Assembly: GCA_902604905.1 (NCBI GenBank)
Contig: CACLAN010000001.1
Coordinates: 75,118-139,117, forward strand
From: an uncultured Alphaproteobacteria bacterium
GTDB lineage: Bacteria > Pseudomonadota > Alphaproteobacteria > HIMB59 > GCA-002718135
Direction of reading: 5' to 3'
DNA length: 64,000 nt
Under the pieces are notes generated by a model that worked only from the letters and a program-made list of their open reading frames with translations, did not search any database and was not told the DNA's origin. The stretch's first letter is position 1, and the number at the start of each line of letters is the position of its first letter. This document shows positions 53,183-63,091 of this stretch, one piece after another. The translations under genes and the position numbers were made by a program.

Positions 53183-54013
53183 ATGCTTAGCTATAAACAC
53201 GGATATCATGCTGGAAATCATGCAGATGTTATAAAACACATTATAATGCTTTACTTATATAATCTTGAAAAAAAAGTAAATAATTCAATAAGTTATATAG
53301 ATAGTCATTCTGGTAATGGAATTTATAAATATATATCAAAGTATATGGATAAAAATAAAGAGTATAAAGAAGGAATTAAAAAGATACAAAATTACAAAGG
53401 GAATAATATTTTAATTAAAAATTATCTTTCAACTATTTCTAAAATTACTGAAAAAAATAATTTTTATCCTGGATCACCTATATTTATTTCGTCCATAGCT
53501 AATGAAAAAGATAAATTATTTTTTTGTGAACTACACAAGAATGAATTTGAATTATTAAAAAAAAACTTAAACAAATATACCAATGCTAAAATTTTAAATG
53601 CAAATGGATTTAATTTTATTTTTAATAAAATTAATAAAGACAAGAATTATTTTGTATTTATAGATCCATCATATGAAATAAAGGATGATTTTGAAAAAGT
53701 AGAGGAGATACTAAATAATATTGAAAATTTATTCTTAAAATCGAAAATCATTATATGGTATCCAGTTTTGAATATTTCGGAAAATGATTCCTTTATTCAG
53801 AATATTAGAAAAAAAGGTATAAGTAATATTATCAATGTTGAAGTCCCTATTATGAAATATGGAGACAATGTTGGAATGCAAGGAAGTGGCTTATTATTAA
53901 TAAATTTTTCAAATAGATCTATAATGAAAAACCTCAAAGAGGTAATATACGAAATTCAAAATATTTTAAAACTAGAGGAAAATTGTACTAGATTTAAATT
54001 AAGATATTTATAA
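53183..54013 (+). CDS. rlmJ: 23S rRNA (adenine2030-N6)-methyltransferase RlmJ
   Basis: MLSYKHGYHAGNHADVIKH is the hallmark RlmJ N-terminus. IDPSYE motif (cf. DPPYE). Confidence 0.85.
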   Translation: MLSYKHGYHAGNHADVIKHIIMLYLYNLEKKVNNSISYIDSHSGNGIYKYISKYMDKNKEYKEGIKKIQNYKGNNILIKNYLSTISKITEKNNFYPGSPIFISSIANEKDKLFFCELHKNEFELLKKNLNKYTNAKILNANGFNFIFNKINKDKNYFVFIDPSYEIKDDFEKVEEILNNIENLFLKSKIIIWYPVLNISENDSFIQNIRKKGISNIINVEVPIMKYGDNVGMQGSGLLLINFSNRSIMKNLKEVIYEIQNILKLEENCTRFKLRYL

Positions 54014-54015
54014 AT

Positions 54016-55389
54016 ATGAAAAAAATTAATTTACTTGATGAAGATATCTATAAGCTATTTATAAAAATTGCTTTGCCTGCCTCAATTGGAACAATATTTA
54101 ATAATCTGTATTCTTTAGTTGATACTATTTTTGCAGGTAGAATGATTTCTGAAACAGCTTTAGCAGCTATTGGTCAAACATTTCCCGTATATTTTATAAT
54201 TATTGCACTTGGAATAGGACTGAGCATAGCTACAACAAGTAATGTTGCTAATTCTTTAGGGGAAAAAAATATTAAAAAAGCAAGTCATGCATTTTCACAA
54301 TCTTTTGTCGTAACAATTTTAGTAGGCTTAGGTATAACTATTTTTGGACTTTATTTTGGGAACATAATTTTAGAATCTATAAATGATGATCCAAAAACTC
54401 TTAAACTTTCATCATTATATATGAATGTAATTTATTTAGGATCAGTCATAATTCTTTTACTCATGGTATGTAATTCTTGTTTATCTGCCCAAGGTGATAC
54501 TAAAAGTTATAGAAATGTTTTAATCTTCAGTTTTTTTCTTAATATAATTTTAAATCCAATATTAATCACAGGAAAAATAATTAATTTTAAATTATTTGCG
54601 CCAATGGGTATCACTGGAATAGCAATAGCTACCATACTATCTCAAATAATTGGTTTGTTATATTTACTATATAAAATTTATAAAACAGAGATTTTTGAAA
54701 ACTTTAAAAATAATTATTTAATTCCTAAATTAAATTTAATTAAGGAAATTTCATTTCAGGCTATTCCAGCGGCATTAGGATTGATGATGATTGCTCTCGG
54801 ATCATATATATTATTATTTTTCGTAAGTCGTTTTGGTAATGATGCAATTGCAGGTTTTTCCTCTGCTGGAAGATATGAACAACTTCTTTTCTTACCCTTA
54901 TTAGGATTAAGTACAGCAGTAACCGCAATTGTGGGTCAGAATTTTGGAGCTAAAAACTATGAAAGAATCTTAGAAACTTACAATAAAGCAATGATTACAG
55001 GAGTAATAATATTAACTATAGCAGGATTAATCTTATTTATAACTGCAGAAGATTCCATGAGATTATTTACTGATGATAAAGAAGTAATTTACTATGGATC
55101 AATATATCTTAAAATATACGCACTGGGTTTTCCAGCTTTTCCACTCTTCTTTATTTCTAATGCTTCATTCCAAGGGCTAAAAAAAGCAATAATAGTAATG
55201 TATATGGCCATACTTAGGTTTGTGTTAGTGCCTATAATTGTAATATTATTTGTAAATAATTTTATAGAAGAAAACTATATCTATATGTTTATTGGGTTAA
55301 CTCTTGTTCATTGGATAATTGGTATATTATATTATTTTTATTCTTCTAATAAAATTCGAAATATTCAAAGTAGCTATACTACACCTTGA
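54016..55389 (+). CDS. MATE family efflux transporter
   Basis: 457 aa, 12 TM. The N-terminal LFIKIALPASIGTIFNNLYSLVDTIFAGR block is typical of NorM/MATE. Confidence 0.9.
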   Translation: MKKINLLDEDIYKLFIKIALPASIGTIFNNLYSLVDTIFAGRMISETALAAIGQTFPVYFIIIALGIGLSIATTSNVANSLGEKNIKKASHAFSQSFVVTILVGLGITIFGLYFGNIILESINDDPKTLKLSSLYMNVIYLGSVIILLLMVCNSCLSAQGDTKSYRNVLIFSFFLNIILNPILITGKIINFKLFAPMGITGIAIATILSQIIGLLYLLYKIYKTEIFENFKNNYLIPKLNLIKEISFQAIPAALGLMMIALGSYILLFFVSRFGNDAIAGFSSAGRYEQLLFLPLLGLSTAVTAIVGQNFGAKNYERILETYNKAMITGVIILTIAGLILFITAEDSMRLFTDDKEVIYYGSIYLKIYALGFPAFPLFFISNASFQGLKKAIIVMYMAILRFVLVPIIVILFVNNFIEENYIYMFIGLTLVHWIIGILYYFYSSNKIRNIQSSYTTP

Positions 55390-56000
55390 AGATTTGGAAC
55401 AAATAAAACATCATCATATTCTTCAGAAATTATTTTATTATTTTGTTTTGTATATTTGACAAGTATCTGCTTATTATTTTTAACAATAGGACAAACAATA
55501 ATTCCTTCATTTTCAATATGAGAAAAGATCTCATTATTTATTTTTTTTGATGCTGCTGTAAATATTATTCTATCAAAAGGTATTTGTTCAATCCAACCAT
55601 TATTGCCATCATTATATTTAGAAACAATATTAGTTAATTTTAATTTATCAAAAATAAAATTAGAGCTTTCATGTAAATTTTTAATTCTTTCAATTGTATA
55701 TACACGCCTTGCTAAGATTGATAAAACTGCACACTGATATCCGCTACCAGTACCTATTTCTAGGACCTTGTGGTTACTTTTAACATCAAGTAATTCAGTC
55801 ATCCTGGCTACAACGTAGGGTTGACTAATTGTTTGATTGTTTTCAATTGGTAAAGCTATATTTTCATAAGCTTGATTTCTGTAAGCTTCACTTATAAACT
55901 TTTCTCTTGGAATTTTTTCTATTGCAGAGAGAACGTCAGCATTACTAATACCAGACTCTCGTAACTCAAGTATCAATCTTATTTTTCTAACATCAAGCAC
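55374..56000 (-). CDS. pcm: Protein-L-isoaspartate O-methyltransferase
   Basis: TISQPYVVARMTELL and VLEIGTGSGYQCAVLS (SAM motif I). GTG start overlaps the serS stop by 1 nt. Confidence 0.9.
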   Translation of the reverse strand: MLDVRKIRLILELRESGISNADVLSAIEKIPREKFISEAYRNQAYENIALPIENNQTISQPYVVARMTELLDVKSNHKVLEIGTGSGYQCAVLSILARRVYTIERIKNLHESSNFIFDKLKLTNIVSKYNDGNNGWIEQIPFDRIIFTAASKKINNEIFSHIENEGIIVCPIVKNNKQILVKYTKQNNKIISEEYDDVLFVPNLQGVV

Positions 56001-57262
56001 TAGATAAGAGTATCAGAATTATTAAAATATTTTTTTAAAACTTCTGGGATTTTAATATTTCCATCTTTCATTTGATAATTTTCAAGAATAGCAATTAGTG
56101 TTCTTCCTACTGCTAATCCAGATCCATTAAGTGTATGAACAAAAATATTTTTATGTTCTAATTTATATCTTGTATTCATTCTTCTAGCTTGAAAATCATT
56201 ACAATTAGAACAGCTTGAAATTTCTCTATAAGTATTTTCTCCTGGAAGCCACACTTCAATATCATATGTTTTTGATGCTGAAAAACCCATGTCACCAGTA
56301 CATAGAGTCATAATCCTATAATGAATATTTAAATCTTGAAGAATACTCTCTGCGCTTTCAAGCATTCTTTCTAATTCATCTTGTGAATGCTGTGGTTCTA
56401 CTATTGAAACTAATTCAACTTTAGTAAATTGATGCTGTCTTAACATACCACGAGTATCCTTACCAGCAGCACCAGCCTCTGATCTAAAACAGGGGGTATA
56501 AGAAGTTACTCTCATGGGTAATTGATTTTGGTTAAGTATTTCCTCTCTAACCATATTTGTTAAAGGAACTTCAGCAGTTGGTATTAACCAATGATCTTCC
56601 CCAGCAGCAAATAAATCTTCACCAAATTTAGGTAATTGCCCTGTTCCAATAAGAGCAGAATCTTTAACCAAAAAAGGTAAATTATATTCAATATAGCCAT
56701 TTTCATTAGTATGTTTATCTAACATAAAATTTGCTATTGCTCTTTCCAACTTAGAAAGTTGATTTTTTAATAAAACAAATCTTGATCCTGATAATTTAGA
56801 TGCAGTTTCAAAATTCATTAAACCTAAATTTTCCCCTAATTCAAAATGAGTTTTAGGATTGTAATCAAATCCTGGTTTTTCACCCCATTCTCTATATTTT
56901 GTATTGTCTGCTTCATTGCTTCCTATAGGCACAGTCTTATCAGCTATATTTGGAAGTCTTAAGAGGATAGTTTTTAGCTCCTCATCTTTAATTGTCTCAA
57001 GTTCCTTTAAATTATTAATTTTATTTTTAATTTCATCAACTTTACTCATTTCTGATGAAGTATCTTTATTTTCACTTTTAAGTTTACCAATGTTTTTAGA
57101 AATAGAGTTTCTTTCTGCTAAAAGATTCTGAAGAACAGTCTGGGTTTCTCTTTTAACTTTATCTAGTTCTAATATTTTATTTGATATTTGATGCTCACCT
57201 CTTTGTTTCATATAATTATCAAACTCTGTTGGATTTTCTCTGATAAAATTTATATTATGCAT
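56000..57262 (-). CDS. serS: Seryl-tRNA synthetase
   Basis: N-terminal coiled-coil arm. Class II motifs FRSEAGAAGKDTRGMLRQHQFTKVE and LNGSGLAVGRTLIAILENYQ. Confidence 0.95.
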   Translation of the reverse strand: MHNINFIRENPTEFDNYMKQRGEHQISNKILELDKVKRETQTVLQNLLAERNSISKNIGKLKSENKDTSSEMSKVDEIKNKINNLKELETIKDEELKTILLRLPNIADKTVPIGSNEADNTKYREWGEKPGFDYNPKTHFELGENLGLMNFETASKLSGSRFVLLKNQLSKLERAIANFMLDKHTNENGYIEYNLPFLVKDSALIGTGQLPKFGEDLFAAGEDHWLIPTAEVPLTNMVREEILNQNQLPMRVTSYTPCFRSEAGAAGKDTRGMLRQHQFTKVELVSIVEPQHSQDELERMLESAESILQDLNIHYRIMTLCTGDMGFSASKTYDIEVWLPGENTYREISSCSNCNDFQARRMNTRYKLEHKNIFVHTLNGSGLAVGRTLIAILENYQMKDGNIKIPEVLKKYFNNSDTLI

Positions 57263-58017
57263 TACTTATCTTTATTTTTTTGTATTAGTTTTGCAATATA
57301 AATTGAAACTTCGTATAAAAATATTATTGGAAGAGCTAAACTTATTTGACTAAATGGATCAGGTGGAGTTAAGAATGCTGCCGATAAAAATGCTAATACA
57401 ATTGCATATTTTCTAAATCTTTTAAGTGATTCATAAGTAACAATCCCTACTCTCGCCATTAAAGATAAAACAACAGGAAGCTGAAATGCTAAACCAAAAG
57501 CAAAAATAAATCGCATCATAAGTGATAAATATTCTCCCATCTTAGCTTCTAATCGAATAGGAACTCCGCTAGAACCAAGGTTTTGATAAGATAGGAAAAA
57601 AGACCATGCCAATGGCGCAATAATATAGTAAACCATAGAGCCCCCGGCAAAAAATAAAATTGGTGTCGCAATTAAATAGGGTAAAAAAGCTGTCTTTTCC
57701 TTTTTGTATAATCCTGGTGCAATAAATCTCCATATTTGTATTGCAATTAATGGGAATGAAAAAAATAAAGCAAAGAAAAAAGCTATTTTTAATTCTGTAA
57801 AAAAAGCTTCTTGTAAAGCTGTATAAATAAAACCTTGACCTTTATCTTTATCAAATAGTTCTACTAAAGGACTAGCTAAAAAAGCAAATAATTCATCTGC
57901 AAAGTAAAAACAAACAATGAAGATTAATAATATATATAAAAAACTCCATAGTAATCTTTTTCGTAACTCAGTGAGATGCCCTATTAGAGACATTTCTTCA
58001 AATTTTTCTTCAGCCAT
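57262..58017 (-). CDS. tatC: Twin-arginine translocase subunit TatC
   Basis: LIGHLTELRKRL, APGLYKKEK, LTPPDPFSQ. Confidence 0.95.
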   Translation of the reverse strand: MAEEKFEEMSLIGHLTELRKRLLWSFLYILLIFIVCFYFADELFAFLASPLVELFDKDKGQGFIYTALQEAFFTELKIAFFFALFFSFPLIAIQIWRFIAPGLYKKEKTAFLPYLIATPILFFAGGSMVYYIIAPLAWSFFLSYQNLGSSGVPIRLEAKMGEYLSLMMRFIFAFGLAFQLPVVLSLMARVGIVTYESLKRFRKYAIVLAFLSAAFLTPPDPFSQISLALPIIFLYEVSIYIAKLIQKNKDK

Positions 58018-58031
58018 TACAAAACAACAAA

Positions 58032-58346
58032 TTATTTTTTATTTGAAAATTCATCCTCAGTCATTTTTACTGTTTCTTGAACTTCTTTAATCTCATTTTC
58101 AAAATTTTTTTTTATATTAATACCATCTTTTATTTTTTTAACTTCTTTAACAGATTTAGCTAATTCTTTAATATCTTCTTCTTCTGCAATTTCATTTATA
58201 GATGACTTAAACTCAGATGACACTTTTTTAATATATTTAGTAAAAGATCCAACCTGTTTAATAAATTTTGGAAGATCTTTTGGACCAATAACCACAACTA
58301 CTATTATCCCAATTAAGAAAATTTCACTCCAGCCAAAAGTAAACAT
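58032..58346 (-). CDS. tatB: Twin-arginine translocase subunit TatB
   Basis: MFTFGWSEIFLIGIIVVVVIGPKDLPKF is a TatA/B-type N-terminus. The longer charged tail and the position between tatA and tatC fit TatB. Confidence 0.75.
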   Translation of the reverse strand: MFTFGWSEIFLIGIIVVVVIGPKDLPKFIKQVGSFTKYIKKVSSEFKSSINEIAEEEDIKELAKSVKEVKKIKDGINIKKNFENEIKEVQETVKMTEDEFSNKK

Positions 58347-58351
58347 AGTAT

Positions 58352-58537
58352 TTACTTTTCTTCGTCGTTTTTGTTCTCTAAATTTTTATCTTCTTTTTTT
58401 TCTTCGTCTGACATTCCTCTTTTGAATGATTTGATTCCTTTTGCCATATCACCCATTAGCTGAGGTATCTTACCTCTTCCAAAAAGAAGTAAAACAATAA
58501 CGAGTACAATTAATAATTGCCAAATGCTTGGTGTCAT
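58352..58537 (-). CDS. tatA: Twin-arginine translocase subunit TatA
   Basis: [37 protein letters not shown]. Confidence 0.85.
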   Translation of the reverse strand: MTPSIWQLLIVLVIVLLLFGRGKIPQLMGDMAKGIKSFKRGMSDEEKKEDKNLENKNDEEK

Positions 58538-58822
58538 TTGGCTCTTATACGGAAACTACAAGAAAAAACAAGAAATAATGGGAATAAAAATGTTTAAATT
58601 ATGATAAATAAGAAAAATTATGAGTGCAAATTTGATACACTTATTGTGAAACTATTGGCTATATTTATAATTTTAAATAAAGGTAAAAATGAAACACGTA
58701 GTATTATAGAAAGAATTTTATGACAGTAAGCAAGGTATGCTTTCTATGCGGCAATCATCATTATTGTATTAGTAATCAAGATTTACTATAAAGACTTCAT
58801 TGTCTTAAATTTAATTAATTTT

Positions 58823-59704
58823 ATGTGCGGAATAGTTGGAATATATCTAAAATCAAAAAAATTTGAGAAAGATTTAGGTAAAATGCTATCTGGAATGTTA
58901 GTAAATATGGAATCTAGAGGACCTGATAGTGCGGGTTTTGCAATTTATAAAAAAGAAAAAAAGGAAGAATTTAAATACTCAATTTGTATGAATAATTTAG
59001 TATTTGAAAAATTTAAAAAAGATATTTCAAAAAAAATTAAATATAATTCAATCTTTAAAAATTCAGATCACGCAATTTTAAGCTCTAAAGAAAAACCTGA
59101 AAAAGTATTGTCTATTTTAAATGAGCTTAAAGAAATTTCTTTAGTTGGTTATGGTAGATCTATTGAAATATTTAAACAAATTGGTAATCCAAAAGATGTA
59201 GTAAAAAAATTCAATTTAGAAAAATTTAGTGGCACGCATGCTATAGGTCACACAAGAATGGCTACAGAAAGTGCTATCACAACTGATGGATCTCACCCCT
59301 ACTCGACTGGGTCTGATGAGTGCTTAGTCCATAATGGATCATTATCCAATCACAATAATTTACGTAGAGATTTAATTAAAAGAGGGATAAATTTTAAGTC
59401 AGAAAACGATACAGAGGTTGCAGCAGGATATATTTCAAATCATTTGTCGAATAAAAAAAATTTAAAGAAAACGCTCCAAAGTGGTTTAAGTGACTTAGAT
59501 GGATTTTACACTTTTATAACAGGAACTAAAAAAGGATTTGCTATAGTTAGAGATGAAATTGCTTGCAAACCTGCTGTTATTTCTGAAACAAAAGACTATG
59601 TTGCTATTGCATCAGAGTTTCAAGCAATGGCACATTTACCTGGTGTTAATAAAGCTAATATTTTTGAGCCTGAACCAGGTATTGTATATACTTGGGGTAA
59701 TTAG
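58823..59704 (+). CDS. Class II (Ntn) glutamine amidotransferase-like protein, GlxB / N-methylglutamate synthase subunit A type
   Basis: MCGIVGIY N-terminal nucleophile Cys, AIGHTRMAT, VHNGSLSNH. First of a GATase / GXGXG / FMN-GltS-like / GS-like gene quartet. Confidence 0.8.
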   Translation: MCGIVGIYLKSKKFEKDLGKMLSGMLVNMESRGPDSAGFAIYKKEKKEEFKYSICMNNLVFEKFKKDISKKIKYNSIFKNSDHAILSSKEKPEKVLSILNELKEISLVGYGRSIEIFKQIGNPKDVVKKFNLEKFSGTHAIGHTRMATESAITTDGSHPYSTGSDECLVHNGSLSNHNNLRRDLIKRGINFKSENDTEVAAGYISNHLSNKKNLKKTLQSGLSDLDGFYTFITGTKKGFAIVRDEIACKPAVISETKDYVAIASEFQAMAHLPGVNKANIFEPEPGIVYTWGN

Positions 59705-60387
59705 TGAAATTAGATTTAAGAAAATTGAAACTTAGAAAAATAAATGAGACGTTGCAATCTATCGATCCCAAAAGAAATAATAAAAAATATACAATTTTAA
59801 ATCCAGAAGGAAATCATGCAATTGGTGTGGGTTTAACTGATGACATTGACATAACTGTAAAAGGTCACGTAGGATATTATTGTGGTGGAATGAATCAAAA
59901 TGCAAATATCACTATTGAGGGAAATGCAGGAACTGGGGTTGCTGAAAATATGATGTCTGGAAAAATTCATGTAAAAGGAAATGCATCTCAATCTGCTGGT
60001 GCTACAGCACACGGAGGATTTTTAATTATTGATGGAGATGCAAGTTCTAGATGTGGCATTTCAATGAAAGGAATTGATATTGTTGTAAAAGGTTCTGTAG
60101 GACATATGTCTGCTTTTATGGCCCAGTCAGGTAATTTAATTGTTTGTGGTAATGCTGGTGAGGCATTAGGCGATAGTTTATATGAAACAGATATTTATAT
60201 TAAAGGGAAAGTTAAATCTTTAGGAGCTGATTGTGTAGAAAAAAAAATGGACAATAAACATTTAAAAAAATTAGACAAACTTCTAAAAAAAGCTAATTTA
60301 GAAAAGTTAAAATCTAAAGATTTTAAAAGATATGGTTCAGCTAGAAAACTTTATAATTTTAAAATAGATAATGTATCAAGTTATTAA
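59704..60387 (+). CDS. GXGXG-motif glutamate-synthase-domain protein, GlxC / N-methylglutamate synthase subunit B type
   Basis: Repeated beta-helix motifs ITVKGHVGYYCGGM, ITIEGNAGTGVAENM, IHVKGNASQSAGA, VVKGSVGHMSAF. GTG start overlaps the upstream TAG by 1 nt. Confidence 0.8.
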   Translation: MKLDLRKLKLRKINETLQSIDPKRNNKKYTILNPEGNHAIGVGLTDDIDITVKGHVGYYCGGMNQNANITIEGNAGTGVAENMMSGKIHVKGNASQSAGATAHGGFLIIDGDASSRCGISMKGIDIVVKGSVGHMSAFMAQSGNLIVCGNAGEALGDSLYETDIYIKGKVKSLGADCVEKKMDNKHLKKLDKLLKKANLEKLKSKDFKRYGSARKLYNFKIDNVSSY

Positions 60388-60389
60388 AT

Positions 60390-61715
60390 ATGAAAAAAAA
60401 TAATAAAATATTTCCAAGACAATCTTGGACTTTTGATAAGTATACAAATTCCGAAATTAGAAGAGCAGCTGAAACAGGAATTTATGATATTAGAGGAGGC
60501 GGATCTAAAAGAAGACTTCCTCATTTTGATGATCTTTTATTTTTAGGAGCATCAATATCCAGATATCCTTTGGAAGGATATAGAGAGAAATGTTCAACAA
60601 ATGTTACATTAGGCACTAGGTACGCAAAAAAACCTTTAGAACTTGAAATACCAATAACAATTGCGGGAATGAGTTTTGGAGCATTATCAGGATCAGCTAA
60701 AGAGGCTTTAGGACGTGGGGCTAGTATTGCAGGTACCTCTACTACAACTGGTGATGGAGGTATGACACCAGAAGAAAGAGGACAGTCAAATCATCTAGTT
60801 TACCAACTTTTACCATCCAGATATGGAATGAATCCTGATGATTTAATGAAAGCAGACGCAATAGAAGTAGTAATAGGACAAGGTGCGAAGCCTGGCGGAG
60901 GTGGAATACTTTTGGGTCAAAAAATTAGTGATCGAGTTGCCGAAATGAGAACGTTACCTAAAGGAGTAGATCAACGTTCAGCATGCAGACATCCCGATTG
61001 GACTGGGCCAGATGATTTAAAAATCAAAATTTTAGAATTAAGAGAAATTACAAAGTGGAAAGTGCCAATATTTGTAAAAATTGCAGGATCAAGACCTTAT
61101 TATGATACCGCTTTAGCAATAAAAGCTGGCGCAGATGTTGTTGTTTTAGATGGGATGCAGGGTGGAACTGCAGCAACTCAAGAAGTGTTTATAGAAAATG
61201 TTGGTCAACCAACTTTGGGATGTATAAGACCAGCTGTTGATGCTCTTCAAGATTTAGATATGCATAGAAAAGTTCAATTAATTATATCTGGTGGTGTAAG
61301 AAATGGAGCAGATGTAGCTAAAGCATTAGCTCTTGGAGCTGACGCAGTTTCAATTGGAAGCGCAGCAATGATTGCTATTGGAGATAATGATCCTAAATGG
61401 GAAAAAGATTATAATAAACTTGGAACTACTGCTGGTGCATATGATGATTGGCATGAAGGAAATGATCCTGCTGGTATTTCGACTCAAGATCCTAAATTAA
61501 TGAAAAGGTTAGATCCAATAAAAGCTGGAAAAAAACTCTCAAACTATTTAAAAGTAATGTCCTTGGAAGCTCAAACTCTAGCTAGAGCGTGTGGAAAAAA
61601 TAACTTACATAATTTAGAGCCTGAAGATTTGTGTGCATTAACAGTTGAAGCTGCAGCAATGGCAAGAGTACCCTTAGCTGGGACCTCTTGGATACCTGGT
61701 ATAAATAATAAATAA
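60390..61715 (+). CDS. FMN-dependent glutamate-synthase-like protein, GlxD / N-methylglutamate synthase subunit C type
   Basis: IAGMSFGALS, VIGQGAKPGGGG, VVLDGMQGGTAA and SGGVRNGADVAKALALGADAV are GltB FMN-domain blocks. Confidence 0.85.
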   Translation: MKKNNKIFPRQSWTFDKYTNSEIRRAAETGIYDIRGGGSKRRLPHFDDLLFLGASISRYPLEGYREKCSTNVTLGTRYAKKPLELEIPITIAGMSFGALSGSAKEALGRGASIAGTSTTTGDGGMTPEERGQSNHLVYQLLPSRYGMNPDDLMKADAIEVVIGQGAKPGGGGILLGQKISDRVAEMRTLPKGVDQRSACRHPDWTGPDDLKIKILELREITKWKVPIFVKIAGSRPYYDTALAIKAGADVVVLDGMQGGTAATQEVFIENVGQPTLGCIRPAVDALQDLDMHRKVQLIISGGVRNGADVAKALALGADAVSIGSAAMIAIGDNDPKWEKDYNKLGTTAGAYDDWHEGNDPAGISTQDPKLMKRLDPIKAGKKLSNYLKVMSLEAQTLARACGKNNLHNLEPEDLCALTVEAAAMARVPLAGTSWIPGINNK

Positions 61716-61753
61716 AATATTGCTACTTAGTAATTTAATTCATATTATATTAT

Positions 61754-63079
61754 ATGCCTAAAAATTTGTCTCAAATAGCTAAATCTAAAAAAATTAAATA
61801 TTTTCTAATAAGTTTTGTAGATTTATTTGGGGTATTAAGATCAAAATTAGTACCATCACAAGCAATTAATGAGATGCAAAAGAATGGAGCTGGTTTTGCA
61901 GGTTTTGCTACTTGGCTAGATATGTCACCAGCAGACAGTGATATGTTTGCAATACCTGATACAAATAGTTTGATTCAATTGCCATGGAATAAAGAAATAG
62001 GATGGTTAGCTTCAGATTTATATATGGATGGTGAAGCTGTAGATGCATCACCTAGAGTAATGTTGAAAAATCAAATAAGAAAATTAAGTGAAAAAAAACT
62101 TCAAATGAAATCAGGTGTTGAGTGTGAATATTTTTTAATCTCTGAAGATGGATCATCTATTGCAGACCAAAGGGATATTCAGTCAAAACCTTGTTATGAT
62201 CAATCAGCACTAATGAGAAGATATGATTTAATTAAAGAGATATGTGACAGTATGATTGAGTTGGGATGGAAACCTTATCAAAATGACCATGAAGATGCGA
62301 ATGGTCAATTTGAAATGAATTGGGATTACTCAGATTGTTTAGTAACTGCAGATAGACACGTATTTTTTAAATTTATGGTTAAAAATATAGCTGAAAAACA
62401 TGGTCTAAGAGCAACATTTATGCCAAAACCATTTAATAATTTAACAGGTAATGGTTGCCATGCACATATTTCTGTTTGGAGAGAAGGTAAAAATCAATTT
62501 CTGGATAAAAAAGATAAATTAGGTCTTAGCAAATTAGGTTACAACTTTTTAGGTGGAGTGATAAAAAATGCACAACCTTTATCAGCTTTTTTTAATCCAA
62601 CAATAAACAGTTATAGAAGAATAAATGCTCCACCAACTAAATCCGGGGCAACTTGGTCTCCTAGCAGCATATCTTATACAGGAAATAATAGAACACATAT
62701 GATCAGAATTCCTGAACAAGGAAGATTTGAACTTAGGTTAATGGATGGTTCGGTTAATCCATATTTATTACAGGCTGGCGTGCTTGCTGCTGGTTTAGAG
62801 GGCATGGATAAAAAAATAAATCCAGGGAAACCTCTATTCTGTAATATGTATACAGATTATAAGAAATATCCTAATTTACCTAAGCTACCAAATGATGTTT
62901 CTGAAGCATTAAATAGGCTAAGTGATAGTAAAGTTCTAAATAAAGCATTTGGAAAAAAAAATATTGATAGTTATATAAAATTAAAGAGAAACGAATTAGA
63001 CGCTTTCAAGAAACAAGGGCGATTTGATAAGAAAAAATCAGTGACTAAATGGGAAAAAGATAACACTTTAGATTGTTAA
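61754..63079 (+). CDS. Glutamine-synthetase-family ligase, GlnT / gamma-glutamylmethylamide synthetase (GmaS) type
   Basis: 441 aa. GVECEYFL, HEDANGQFEMNW, ATFMPKPF...GNGCHAHISVW and NSYRRI are GS catalytic-domain blocks. Confidence 0.8.
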   Translation: MPKNLSQIAKSKKIKYFLISFVDLFGVLRSKLVPSQAINEMQKNGAGFAGFATWLDMSPADSDMFAIPDTNSLIQLPWNKEIGWLASDLYMDGEAVDASPRVMLKNQIRKLSEKKLQMKSGVECEYFLISEDGSSIADQRDIQSKPCYDQSALMRRYDLIKEICDSMIELGWKPYQNDHEDANGQFEMNWDYSDCLVTADRHVFFKFMVKNIAEKHGLRATFMPKPFNNLTGNGCHAHISVWREGKNQFLDKKDKLGLSKLGYNFLGGVIKNAQPLSAFFNPTINSYRRINAPPTKSGATWSPSSISYTGNNRTHMIRIPEQGRFELRLMDGSVNPYLLQAGVLAAGLEGMDKKINPGKPLFCNMYTDYKKYPNLPKLPNDVSEALNRLSDSKVLNKAFGKKNIDSYIKLKRNELDAFKKQGRFDKKKSVTKWEKDNTLDC

Positions 63080-63091
63080 TAATAAAATTAA

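Noticed and set aside
58640-58660. TGGC-N-TTAT-like string (attggctatatttataa) considered as a sigma-54 promoter for the nitrogen-related operon. The same spacer was also compared with the glutamine riboswitch consensus.
   Set aside because: It lacks the conserved -12 GC element and correct spacing. The riboswitch core strings I remember (…GGAAGUAGG… / …GAAGGAACG…) are absent.
58601-58723. A 40-codon plus-strand ORF (MINKKNYECKFDTLIVKLLAIFIILNKGKNETRSIIERIL) in the long spacer upstream of the amine cluster.
   Set aside because: No SD and no recognisable motif. The Lys/Ile/Asn-rich composition is typical of random AT-rich sequence, and conservation cannot be assessed here.
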